Assembly (NCBI RefSeq): GCF_009914755.1
Contig: NC_060925.1
From: the human T2T-CHM13v2.0 reference genome, Homo sapiens
DNA: 64,000 nt
Direction: 5' to 3' (one strand)
The translations under genes and the position numbers were made by a program. The notes beneath the pieces are model-generated. The model ran no database searches. It was not told the origin of the DNA and saw nothing but the letters and a program-made list of their open reading frames with translations. This document shows, piece after piece, positions 1-15,845 of this stretch (position 1 is the stretch's first letter; each line of letters starts with the position of its first letter).

Positions 1-159
1 TAATATAACCTGCATTACTAAATCACAACCCTGTATCAGGTTTACAATAATTAAATATTTGTTGAATAAATAAACACTTAATAGTTGTCATATTAAATTA
101 GGAGAAGATTGCCTCTTTTTTCTTGAGAAAAGGATATTTTGAACAACTCCAAAACTTAC

Positions 160-4505
<4,346 letters not shown>

Positions 4506-4716
4506 TTTGCTTTGAAGTTGTCAGTGTCCTTTCCAGAAACTATTTATATTCCTGTAAGAAGCACATTTTACAATGTAAATAGTAGCATGAATAAATACTT
4601 GAGGGCAAACTGTTTATTCATAATCTGAAAAGGATTATCAATAATAATCCTAACTGGTGAAGAACATCAAAAAGTCTCTCATGGAAATCATCTCAATGAC
4701 CTCTTAGACATTAATG

Positions 4717-5310
4717 TTTCTTTTCTTTTCTTTTTTTTTTTTTTTTGCATATGGTAGCACTTTTATTTTTCCTTACACAATGACATGTTGCTGTGGCCTA
4801 ATGTTCTCACATAACAGCAGAAAACCAAAATTTGTTGTCAACTCTTAAAAGATCGAGAATTGCATACTAAAAAACTTTACATAAATTAAAAGGATGAATA
4901 CATTTACCGGTATAAATGCGAACCGCTTCCAACTCAAGGCAAGTAACAGCCCACGGTGCTCTGGTAGATAACGTAAGCTAAGAAAGGAAACTGGGTCCTA
5001 TGGCTTGGACTTTCCAACCCTGACAGACCGACAAGACGGAAACAACTGGTTCAGGAGCCCTTCCCAGCCTCTAGATAAATCTCAGAACACTCAGCCCTGA
5101 CACATTAATACCCTGCACGGATCAGAGACTGCTGACCACACAGACTCACCAAGCCAGACTTGTCTTCCACAAGCACGTTTTTAGCCATGAAGTGACCAAG
5201 CCACGTGTACTAAACACTGACATCAAAGGTATGTACAGATACCAAGGGGAAGAGTTAACTTGAATGCCAGGCCAAAATCAGCAACAAGTTCTACAATCCA
5301 GTGCTGATAT
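4717..5310 (-). pseudogene. Gamma-actin processed pseudogene, 3'UTR part with AATAAA and poly(A) (left copy)
   Basis: Recognisable ACTG1 3'UTR sequence (CAGCACTGGATTGTAGAACTTG...GGAAAAATAAAAGTGCT) followed by an A-rich tail ~210 bp upstream of the AMY1 ATG. Confidence 0.88.
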
Positions 5311-5759
5311 TGAGAAGAGAGAAAGACCCTGTCCTCTTGTTTTATATTGTTTTCTATTCAGTAAAAACAACAAGGAAGCAAAATCAAAGGCACAAAACCA
5401 GGCCTGGGCCTGGTTGGCCTAAACCCAGTAGTTACAAATCAACTTATGATTTAGAAGCCGATGTTATTCATAGATTCCAGACATTGTATAGAAGAACATT
5501 GTGAAACTCCCTTCCATATTCTGTTTCTCCCTGACCACGGGTGCATGTAGTCCTTGTCGCATATCCCTGGCTTGTTCAAATCAATCACGACCCTTTCATG
5601 TGACATCTTTAGTGCTGTGTGCCCTTAAAAGGGACAGAAATTGTGCACTTGGGGAGCTCGGATTTTGAGACAGTAGCTATCCGATGCTCCCAGGTGAATA
5701 ACACCCTTCCTTCTACAACTCGGTGTCTGAGAGTTTTGTCTGCCGCTTGTCCTGCTACA
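5311..5759 (+). mobile_element. 5' LTR (LTR2-type) of left provirus, adjacent to AMY1 promoter
   Basis: Direct repeat of 12683-13151; starts TGAGA, ends GCTACA; TATA-like CTTAAAA at ~5624. Confidence 0.92.
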
Positions 5760-5764
5760 TTTCT

Positions 5765-5782
5765 TGGTTCCCTGACCTGGAA
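5765..5782 (+). promoter_or_regulatory. Primer binding site complementary to tRNA-Glu
   Basis: TGGTTCCCTGACCTGGAA is a 17/18 match to the complement of the tRNA-Glu 3' end (TGGTTCCCTGACCGGGAA), just after the 5' LTR. Confidence 0.9.
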
Positions 5783-6109
5783 GCAAGATAACTGATGGAC
5801 GGCCGAGGCAGCTCCTTAGGCAGATTAGGCATGCCTTGTGGAGTAAGGCCGGGGCATCCCTCAGGCTGCCAGGGACTCTGGCCAGCCTGAGGGATGGGAT
5901 CCAAAGAGCGCTCCCAGGTAGGAAATGGCCCCGGTTGAACGCCTCGCCAGAGCAGTGATCCCCGCGGAGGATTAACACAGTGGCTGAACACCAGGAAGGA
6001 ACTGGCACTTGGAGTCCAGACATCTGAAACTTAGTAAGACAAGTCTTTTCAACTTGCCCCACTCCACCTGAGCGGAAGCTTGGCCTGATCGCTCATGGTG
6101 TGCCTGCAC

Positions 6110-7461
6110 CCATATCAATTTCCATATAGAGATTCCTAGTTACAGCTAGTTTTAGATCCTCTACAGTGGTAAAAGGACAGGCAGCAGCAGTAGTAGTAGC
6201 AAAGGGACATTTATTTCAGGAAAGTTCTTGCTCCACCGGCCAAGAGAAGCCAGCACCTAAAGTTCTGTTTGACCCAGAGCTCGAGGACTCAAGGCAGGAG
6301 ATGGCACCAACAGTGCCCTCAACCCCTTATCCAGTGGGGAGGCCCCCTTCTCCTGAGCCCACAGCCCCTAGACCACCCAGAGTAGACAAGAACAAAAGTG
6401 AAACTGCGGGAAAATCCACTTCCCTGGCAGCCCGCTTAACGGCCCAAGACGGGAATTCAAATGCCCTGAGAGAGCAGCGATATACTAGGACAGATGAGGT
6501 CAGACATACGGTAGAAAGGCATGCTTTTGTGTATCACCCTTTTACCTCTGCTGAACTACTCAACTGGAAAAATAACACTCCATCTTACACTGAAAAGCCT
6601 CAAGCCCTAATTGACTTGCTTCAAAGAATTATCCAGACTCAGAATCCTACTTAGGCTGATTGCCACCAGCTACTCATGTACCTCTTTAAAACACATAAAA
6701 GGCAACAGGTGCTGCAGGCAACAGTTAAATGGCTGGAGGAGCACATCCCAGCCAATTATCAAAGTCCCCAAGAATACATAAGAATTCAGCTGCCAGGAAC
6801 GGACCCTCAATAGGATCCAAATGAAGGACCAGATATGGAAAGGCTAAGAGGGTACCGAGAGGCATTAATTGAAAGGTTGAAAAAAGGGGCTCAAAAGGGT
6901 ACCAATGTAAATAAAGTTTCTGAAGTCATCCAAGGAAAGGAGGAAAGCCCAGCCCAGTTCTATCAAAGACCGTGTGAGGCCTATTGCATGTACACTCCTT
7001 TCGATCTGGAGAGTCCTGAAAATCAGCTGTTGATTAATACGGCCTTAGTTATTCAGAGTGCAGAAGATATCCAGAGAAAATTGCAAAAACAGGCTAGGTT
7101 TGCAGGAATGAAAACCTTGCAGTTACTGGAAAGAGCTAATGAAGTATTTGTAAATAGAGATGCAACAAGCGGCCAAGAAAGCCGTAAGGAGGGCGAACGC
7201 CAGGCCAGGTGAAACGCTAGTTTGCTGGCTGTGACAATTAGAGGAATTCTCCTGAAAAGGCAGAAAAAAGGGGGTTCTGGGAGGAATGCCCTGTCCAATC
7301 ACTCACATTTGCAGCATGACTAATGTGCCTACTGTAAAGAAATAGGACATTAGAAAGATAAATGTCCCCAACTCAAAGAAAATCAGAGTGATGCAGAGCC
7401 AAAGACCTCAAACCAAGATGAAAGGATTTTGTTCAATCTAGCTGAGGGGCTGCTAGAATTA
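6110..7461 (+). pseudogene. Disrupted gag (5' matrix region missing; capsid and CCHC nucleocapsid remnants)
   Basis: ORF fragments 6166-6654 and 6835-7212; zinc knuckle at ~7324-7365 with an internal TAG. Confidence 0.85.
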
Positions 7462-10400
7462 AGGGGAACAGGCTCAAATGCCCCCAAGGAGCCCATGGTC
7501 AGGATGACAATAAGGGGCAAAGACATTAAGTTTTTAGTGGATACAAGAGCCGAACACTCAGTAGTAAGCACTCCAGTGGCCCCCTCATCTATAAAGACCA
7601 TTGATAGAATTAGAGCAACAGGAGTCTCTACCAAGCAGGACTTCTGTCTACCGCGCAACTGCTCAGTGGGAGGACACAAAGTGATTTATCCATTTCTGTA
7701 TATGTCTGACTGTCCCTTGCCTTTGTTGAGAAGAGACTTGCTTAGCAAGTTAAGAGCCACCATTTCCTTGACAAAACAAGGCACTTTACAGCTGGAGTTG
7801 CCAGAAATAGGAGTCATCATGGCCCTTCCAGTCCCCCAGGAAGAAGAGTGGAGACTTTTGCTAACTGAGCCAGCTCAGGAAATAAAAGTGGCTCCAGCTG
7901 AGTGACGGCTCTGAGTAGAGATGGAGGACAATCCTCTGAGGCTGGCAATCAATCAAGCCCCCGTACTCATAGAAGTTTAGCCTACGACCTAGCCAATTGG
8001 ACAAAAGCCGTATCCTGTTCCCAGGGAAGCCTTTAAAGGAATAGAGACTCATCTTATATGCTTAAAAGCCTCTGGAATTCTAGTTCCTTGCCAGTCTCCA
8101 TGGAACACCCACCTCCTACCTGTCCCTAAACCAAGGACCAAAGACTATCGACCCGTACAGGACTTGAAAGATGCCTTCTTCACATCAGGCTAGTTCCTGA
8201 GAGCCAAAAGCTGTTTGCCTTTCAGTAGGAAGATCCGGAGTCAGATGTCACCATTCAGTACACTTAGACTCGACTTTCCCAAAGGTTCAAAAAGTCCCCC
8301 ACCATCTTTGGGGAGGCCTCGGTTGGAGACCTCCAAATGTTTCCTGCTAAAGACCTAGGTTGCATCCTGCTCCAGTATGTAGATGACCTTCTGCTAGGAC
8401 ACTCCATGGCAGTCAGGTGTGCAAAAAGGACGGGTGCCCTGCTTCGACACCTGGAGGACTGTGGATATAAAGTGCCCAAAAAGAAAGCTCAGATCTGCAG
8501 ACAGCAGGTACACTACCTAGGATTCACTATTTGAAAAGGGGAGTGCAGTCTATGGTCAGCAAGAAAGCAGGTCATCTGCAGCTTACCAGAACCTAAAACC
8601 AGGAGGCAAATAAGAGAACATTTAGGAGCTGTGAGATTTTTGCAGACTGCAGATTCCAAACTTTGTGGTGTTAGCCAAAGCATTGAATGGAGTTATAAAG
8701 GGGGTGACCGAGAGCCTTTTAAATAGAGGTCTCTACAACAACAAGACTTATAAGTTAAAAGAAAAACTTATGTCAGCCCAAGCTGACTCTAATGTAACTC
8801 TAAGGAACACCAAAAGACACCATTGGCTAACAAATGCTACATTAACTAAACACCAAAGCTTGTTATGTGAAAATCAATGTATAACCATAGAAGTCTGTAA
8901 TTCTTTAAATCCTGCCACTTTGCTCCCAGTATCAGACAGCCCTGTTAAACATAACTGTGTAGAGGTGTTGGACTATGTCTATTCTAGCAGACCAGATCTT
9001 TGAGACCAGCCATAGGCATTGGTAGATTAGGAGTTCTACATGGACAGAAGCAGCTTCATCAACCCGCAAAGAGAAAGGTGTGCAGGATATGCAGTAGTAA
9101 ACTTAGATGATGTTGTTGAAGCTAAGCCATTGCCTCAGAGCACTTCAGCCCAAAAAGCAGAACTCATTCCTCTAACTCGGGCTCTGGAACTCAGTGAACC
9201 TAAGATTGTAAACATCTATACTGATTCTTGATATGCCTTTCTAACCCTTCAAGTATGTGGAGCATTGTATAAGGAAAAAATTCTAGAGGAAAAGACATAA
9301 AATGTCAGCAAGAAATTCTACAATGATTAGAAGCAGTGTAGAAACCCCAAAAGGTGGCATTCATGCATTGCAGGGGATATCAGCGAGTTTCCGCTTCGGT
9401 TTGCCAAGGAAAGCCCTGAGCAGACACAGAGGCAGGAAAAGCAGCATCTACTCCTTACCAGGCATCAGTCACAGCCCTGCTACTCCTTCAAATGCTTGAT
9501 CTGGTGCCAACTTATTCTAAAGAGGAAAAAGAATTTTTTCAGACAGAGAGAGGACAAACAATAAAGGAAAGATACATAAAGTTACCAGATGGAAGAATAG
9601 CAGTGCCACCGCTGCTATACAGTCATGCTGACTGTATGTGAAACTACCCATTGAGGCCAAGAATCACTTGAAAAGCTGTTAGGCCAGTATTTCTACATCT
9701 CACCCTTGCCAGCTGTTGCTACAACAGTAGCGCAGTGATGCCTTACCTGTGGACAGCACAATGCGAAGCAAGGCCCCTCTGTACCTCGGGGAATAGAAGC
9801 CTCTGGAGCAGCTCATTTTGAAGATCTTCAAGTGGACTTCACAGAAATGCCTAAATGTAGAAGTAACAAGTATTTACTGGTTCTAGTGTGTACTTACTCT
9901 AAGTAGGTGGAGGCTTATCCAACATGAACTGAAAAAGCTCCTGAAGTAACCTGTGTACTTCTTCAAAATTTCATCCCTAGGTTTGGACTGCCTCTACGAA
10001 TTGGCTCAAATAATAGGCCAGCATTTGTTGCTGACTTGATACAGAAGACGGCAAAGGTATTAAGAATTTCATAGAAGTTACATGCCGTTTACCAACCTTA
10101 GAGTTCCGGAAAGTGCAGCAAATGAATCGAACTATCAGAAAAAGTTTCTGGAAAGTATGTCAAGAAACAAATTTAAAATAGACACAAGTCCTTCCTATAG
10201 TATTGTTTAAAATTAAGTGTACCCCTTCTAAGAGAACAGCATACTCCCCCTTTGAAATTCTGTATCATAGGCCTCCTCCCATACTGGGAGGGCTTCCAGG
10301 TACTCCCCAAGAGTTAGGTGAGATTGCATTACAGCGGCAGCTACAGGCCTTAGGGAAAATTACTCAGACTATCTCAACTTGAGTAAATGAGAGGTGCCCA

Positions 10401-10680
10401 GGCAGCTGATTCTCCCCAGTTCACCCTTTTTCTCCAGGTGACATTGTGTGGATCAAGGACTGGAACGTGGCTCCGCTGTGGCCACAGTGGAAAGGACCCC
10501 AGACAATTAACCTGACCACTCCCACAGCTGTCAATGTAGAAGGAATCCCAGCCTAGATTCACCACAGCCTCATGAAGCCTGCAGCCGCTGAGACCTAGGA
10601 GGCCAAACCAAACTTGGACAATCCCTGAAAAGTGACCTTGAAGAAAATGACAAGCCCTGCTCCAATCACACCACGAAGCT
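7462..10680 (+). pseudogene. Disrupted pro-pol (protease, RT, RNase H, integrase)
   Basis: DTRA at the protease motif (7540-7551), YVDD at 8376-8387, RNase H ORF 9040-9231, integrase motifs at 9820-10560. Confidence 0.88.
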
Positions 10681-10704
10681 GACTAGACTACACATGGCCA
10701 AAGC

Positions 10705-12650
10705 ATGAGGAAAATCGTCGTAGGACTTATTGTCCTTATAACATGGACCTGTGTGGTAAAAGCTTCCACTACCTCTTCCCACACAGAGGACTGCCTTCAG
10801 TGCATACATCAGGACACTGAAGAAGGACAAGTTAAGATGATCGTTTTATTTTACAGCTATTATGAATGCCTAAGAACTCCAAACAGAACCTGTTTGTATA
10901 ATAACACCCAGTACTAAGTATGTAATCCAGGAAGTGACCAGCCCGATGTGTGCTATGACCCCTCTAAACCCCCATGATCACAGTCTTCGAAGTAAGACTA
11001 AGAACTGGTCCTTCTCTAAGTAACACAAGTAAAGTGATAGCTAGAACAGAAGAAAGAAGAGTCCCCACAAATGTAACTTTAAAATTTGATGCTCGTGCCA
11101 CTATTAATACTAAACAGCAGAGGATAAGATGCATTTCTCTAAATTTGGGAAAAATTACACACAGAAAATAAGTACATCTGTCAAGAACCATATTTATGTT
11201 CGATGTGTCAATAGTGGTATTGCGTCAGTTAGGCTACTTAGAAGAAAGATAAAAAAGATCCTGTTTGGCTCCAAAAAAGAAAAGTCAGCCCCTCTTGCAC
11301 AAGTGGGAGCTGCAACCCTTTAAAATTGATCATCACAAACCCCTCAGATCCAAAGTGGAATAAAAGAAAATATATAACATTAGGCATTGATAGAAAAGGA
11401 CTAGATTCTAGTGTAAGCATCCTGATAAAAGAAGAAGTTCAAAAACGCTCACCAGGACAAGTATTTCACACTTTCTATGATGAATTCAATGTGCCTATAC
11501 CTGAAATTTCTGAAAAAAACTAAAAATTTGTTTTTGCAATTAGCCAAACATGTAGCCCAGTCTCTACAAGTCATTTCATGTGATGTTTGTGGAAGGACTG
11601 TAACAGGAGATCAATGGCCATAAGAAGCCCAAGAATTAGTTCCTACAGATGGAGTTCCTCACGAATTCCATCCCAAAAGAACAACCCCGACAATTTTTAG
11701 TTTCTAAAAGTCACAATTATTAGACAGTAATGCGTAGCTAGAGAAAGAAAAGGATTTACTCATCCCGTAAGGCGGCTTATTTGTCTTAGGCAAAACCTGT
11801 ATAATGGTGCCACAAAAACAGTTACATGGTACAGTTCCAATTACACAGAAAGAAATGCATTCAGCAAATTTCCAAAGTTGCAGACTGTTTAGGCCCATCC
11901 AGAATTCCACCAGGACTGGACGGCCCCCACTAGGTTATGCTAGATATGTAGACACAAAGCTTATGCTAAGCTGCCTGACCAGTGGGCGTGTGGCTGTGTA
12001 ATTGGCACCATGAAGCCATCTTTCTTCTTACTGCCCATAAAAACAGTTGAACTTGTAGGCTTCCCAGTCTATGCTTCCCAGGCAAAATGAAGCATAGCCA
12101 TAAGTGGTTAGAAAGATGATGAATGCACCCCTGAAAGAATCATACAATACTATGGACCCGCCACTTAAGTACAAGATGGCTCATGAGGATATCCAACCCC
12201 TATCTACATGCTCATATGGTTACAAGCTGCTTTAGAAATTATTACTAATAAAACCCAACAAGCCTTGACTGTTCTTGCCTGGCGAGAGAATCTGACGAAA
12301 CATGTTGCCTACACATAGATGATAAAGAACAAGTAGTTGAGCATATACTTAAGGATATAACAAAACTGGCACATGTACTCGTGCAAGGCTGGCACAGACT
12401 CAATCCAGGAGCCATGTTTAGAAAGTAGTTCCCAGCAATAGGAGGATTTAAAACTCTTATAATAGAGGTAATAATAGTAATAGGAACCTGCTTACTGCTC
12501 CCTTGTCTGATACCTGTGTTTCTCCAAATCATAAAAAACTTCGTCTCTCCCTTATTTCACCAAAAGCCTTCAGCACAAGCATACAATATAAATGGCTATC
12601 AATCTATTGCACAGAAGAACATAAATCATAAAAGTGACAGCTCCCACTAA
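10705..12650 (+). pseudogene. Disrupted env
   Basis: Signal-peptide-like MRKIVVGLIVLITWTC and CxxC (CLQC); TM remnant CCLHIDD and a hydrophobic anchor at ~12450-12520. Confidence 0.82.
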
Positions 12651-12682
12651 TAAAAATGAGTGAAAGTCTCAAAGAAAGAAAA

Positions 12683-13151
12683 TGAGAGAGGAGAAAGACC
12701 CTCTCCTCTTGTTTTACATTGTTTTCTATTCAGTAAAAACAACAAGGAAATAAAACCAAAGACAGGCAGCCCGGCGCCAGGCCCAAAAACAGACCTGGGC
12801 CTGGTTGGCCTAAACCCAGTAGTTGAACATCCACTTATGATTTAGAAGCCGATGTGATTCACAGATTCCAGATATTGTGTAGAAGAACATTGTGAAACTC
12901 TCTTCCATATTCTGTTTCTCCCTGACCACCGGGGCAAGTAGTCCTTGTCATGTATACCTCGCTTGCTCAAATCAATCACAAAGCTTTCATGTGAAATCTT
13001 TAGTGTTGTGAGCCCTTAAAAAGGACAGAAATTGTGCACTCCAGGAGCTCAGATTTAGAGACAGTAGCTGGCTAATGCTCCCAGCTGAATAAAGCCCTTC
13101 CTTCTACAACTCAGTGTCTGAGAGGTTTTTTCTGCGGCTCGTCCTGCTACA
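12683..13151 (+). mobile_element. 3' LTR of left provirus
   Basis: Preceded by a purine tract (12671-12682); AATAAA at 13088-13093; ends GCTACA. Confidence 0.92.
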
Positions 13152-13225
13152 ATGTCAGATACAAGCTTCAAGGACAACTTCTTTCCCAAGGCTTATTCCA
13201 GTTTTGTGAGGCTAGCATGAGGTGT
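13152..13225 (-). pseudogene. Gamma-actin pseudogene 3'UTR remnant on the far side of the provirus (left copy)
   Basis: CACCTCATGCTAGCCTCAC...GAAGCTTGTATCTG joins seamlessly to 5310 once the provirus and one TSD are removed. Confidence 0.82.
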
Positions 13226-13644
13226 ATTTTTTAATTTACCTGACCAAATGCACATAGGGAAAACACATTCTTTTTTGAATTGTTTATATAGAATCAGAAG
13301 TTGAGTCTTTTAAAGGATTGAAATAAAACAGAAAATTCTAACTGGACTAAGATCATATGTATGCACTTGTTCATATGAATATTTGCAAATATTTTGTTTT
13401 TATAAGAAGTGTTATAATGAACATCTGTATACATGTTTACACATGGGTAATTCTGTATGCTAGATAAACGTATGTGAAACTGGAAGCATATTTTTAAATT
13501 TTCATATTATGCAAAATTGCCCTTACAAATGTATCAAAGTTTACTCTCTAGTAGCATTCTGTTATAGTACCTTTTGCCACACTCCCACCAAAAATGAATA
13601 TTATCATAGCTCTAATTTTTGCCTAATAGATTAAAAATGATTTG

Positions 13645-13951
13645 GGCCAGACACGGTGGCTCACAGCTGTAATCCCAGAACATTGGGAAGTTGAGGCAGG
13701 CAGATCACGAGGTCAGGAGATGGAGACCATCCTGGCTAACATGGTGAAACCCTGTCTCTACGAAAAACACAAAAAATTAACCAGGCATGGTGGCGGGCCC
13801 CTGTAGTCCCAGCTACTTTGGAGGCTGAGGCAGGAGAATGGCGGTGTGAACTTGGGAGGCAGAGCTTGCAGTGAGCCCAGATCGCCCCAATGCACTCCAG
13901 TGTTGGCGACAGAGGGTGACTCCCTCTCAAAAAAAAAAAAAAAAAAAAAAA
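13645..13951 (+). mobile_element. Full-length Alu (mirror 49894-50200, minus)
   Basis: Starts GGCCAGACACGGTGGCTCAC; dimer structure; A-tail; TSD-like AAAAATGATTT/AAAAGAGATTT. Confidence 0.92.
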
Positions 13952-14258
13952 GAGATTTGTGTTTTTCCCAATTACTAGCAAGGCTGAACATCATTTCACA
14001 CTTTTTGGCCTTTTGAGTTTTCTCTTGAAATTTGCTTCTTCCTTTTCCCATCTAGTTTTGCTTTAATTGTTATGTTCTTTCTTATTGAATGTTTTGAGTT
14101 CTTATGTTGTTATCATTTGTCATGTATTGGAAATATACTGTCCTAATATATCACTGTTTTTTGAAGTCTTTCCAGTGCAAATTTAAGCAATCATGGATGT
14201 TGGTAAGAATTAGGACAGTGCCAAAGGTATGCCTGCATTATTATTTTTTGTCCAACTA

Positions 14259-14541
14259 CACTCATGCATTCCTTAATGACAGGAGTATGTTCTGAAGACA
14301 AAGCCCTTAGGTAATTAAGCCACTGTGCAAATATCACAGAATGGACTTCATTAACCTAGATTGCATAGCCTATTCCTCCTAGGCTACAAACCTGTAAAGC
14401 ATGTTATTTTACTGAATACTATAGGCAACTGTAAAGCAGTGTAGCTGTGTATCTCAATACATTTAAACATAGGAAACTTCCAATAAATGTATGGCATAAT
14501 AAACTTAACTATACCACCATCATATATGCGGTGCATGACTG
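14259..14541. mobile_element. TcMar-Tigger non-autonomous DNA transposon (Tigger3-like; mirror 49304-49586)
   Basis: Terminal inverted repeats CACTCATGCA...TGCATGACTG flanked by TA on both sides. Confidence 0.72.
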
Positions 14542-14592
14542 TACTCACCATGCAAAAGGTTTTAAGTTTTAAAGTGATTATTTGTTTAACTA

Positions 14593-14790
14593 CAGTGGTT
14601 CCTTGTGCCTCCATATCCATGAGGAATTGGTTCCAGGACCCACCATGGATACTTAAAGCAATAACTACTCGAGTCCTTTATATAAAATGTAGTATTTCCA
14701 TATAACCTTTACATCATCTCAGATTACTTATAATGACTAATGCAACGTAAATGCTATGTCAAAAGTTGCGATACTATGTTGTTTTGCAAT
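14593..14790 (+). mobile_element. MER2-like DNA transposon fragment (mirror ~49055-49252)
   Basis: TA|CAGT...GAATTGGTTCCAGGACCC...CCTTTATATAAAATG resembles the MER2 5' half. Confidence 0.62.
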
Positions 14791-15360
14791 CGGGAAGTCC
14801 CCAAAATAACACTCTTTCTGCTTACATTTCACAGCCAAAGCAAATCACTTGGACCTTCTGAAAATCAGCAGGATGGGAGTATTCATTTGCAAGGAGGATC
14901 ACTAATATTTCTGAACAATAGTACACTGCATATGTGAGAGTGGAAATAAAAATTCTAACAGGAAAAGTAAAAGAATTTTCATTGGAGTGAACATTTGAAA
15001 AACAAGAAATGTGAGTTTAAATATATATTTTTAAGAAAAATACAATATATACAGAGCTTCTCACACTCAACCTCAATCTCTTACACCTCAACCTTTCCTT
15101 CAATAGCAAGACATTCAATTTCTTGCAAGTTTATATGATCATTTCTATGCGTGTTTTTGTGACTTACTTCATCTAATGTACCCATAAATAACACATAATG
15201 GTGTTTTATGTAGTTACCTTTTCCTAAGCTTTGAAAAGTTTCTCAAAATTGCTCTCATCTTAAATTTTGGATATTCAAAGATTCTGGTATATAAATTCCA
15301 TATTAAGTGCTATTTTATAATTTACAGAAAAATAAAATAAAATTTCTTATGTAAAATACC

Positions 15361-15645
15361 TTTTTTTGGATGTTACTCCATCACCCAGGCTGGAATGCAA
15401 TGGCGCAATCTCAGCTCACTGCAATCTCCCCTTCTGGGTCAAAACAATTCTCCTGCCTCAGCCTCCCAAGCAGCTGGGAGCACAGGCACGCGACACCAAG
15501 TCCAGCAAATATTTTTGTATTTTTAGTAGAGACGGGGTCTCACCGTGTTGGCCAGGCTTGTCTCTAACCCCTGACCACAGGTTGATTTGCCTGTGTTGGC
15601 CTCCCAAAGTACTGGCGTTACAGAAATGAGCCACTGTGCCTGGCC
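15361..15645 (-). mobile_element. Alu (mirror 48200-48484, plus)
   Basis: CCCAGGCTGGAATGCAATGGCG...TTTTTGTATTTTTAGTAGAGACGGGG...CTGTGCCTGGCC. Confidence 0.9.
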
Positions 15646-15813
15646 TCTTTTTTTCCTTTCTAATTGATACCATTTAAATGGATATAACCACCTCAAATCT
15701 TTATATATTAGTCACAGTTGTTCTAGACTTATTTGATTTCCTAGCTTTTTCTTCATTGCTTTGACCTCGTTCATGTTGGGTACAGGGTATATCTTTCCTG
15801 AAGTTTTTCAATG

Positions 15814-15816
<3 letters not shown>

Positions 15817-15845
<29 letters not shown>

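Larger units (their letters stand above)
5311..13151 (+). mobile_element. HERV-E-type (class I) endogenous provirus, defective, antisense to AMY1
   Basis: TG...CA LTRs at 5311-5759 and 12683-13151; TSD ATAT (5307-5310)/ATGT (13152-13155); PBS-Glu. Remnants of gag (WKNNTPSYTEKP, VIQGKEESPAQF, CAYCKEIGH), pro (FLVDTRAEHS), RT (QYVDDLLL), RNase H (AQKAELI, NIYTDS), IN (LQVDFTEMP) and env, with many stops, frameshifts and deletions. Confidence 0.95.

Noticed and set aside
5765-5782. tRNA gene
   Set aside because: Only an 18-nt complement of the tRNA-Glu 3' end (PBS); no cloverleaf.
5625-6062. 145-aa antisense ORF over the LTR/leader (mirror 57783-58220)
   Set aside because: GTG start, GC-rich leader with few stops by chance, and no recognisable domain.
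6166-12650. Functional retroviral proteins or a domesticated env
   Set aside because: Numerous stops, frameshifts, deletions and mutated catalytic motifs.
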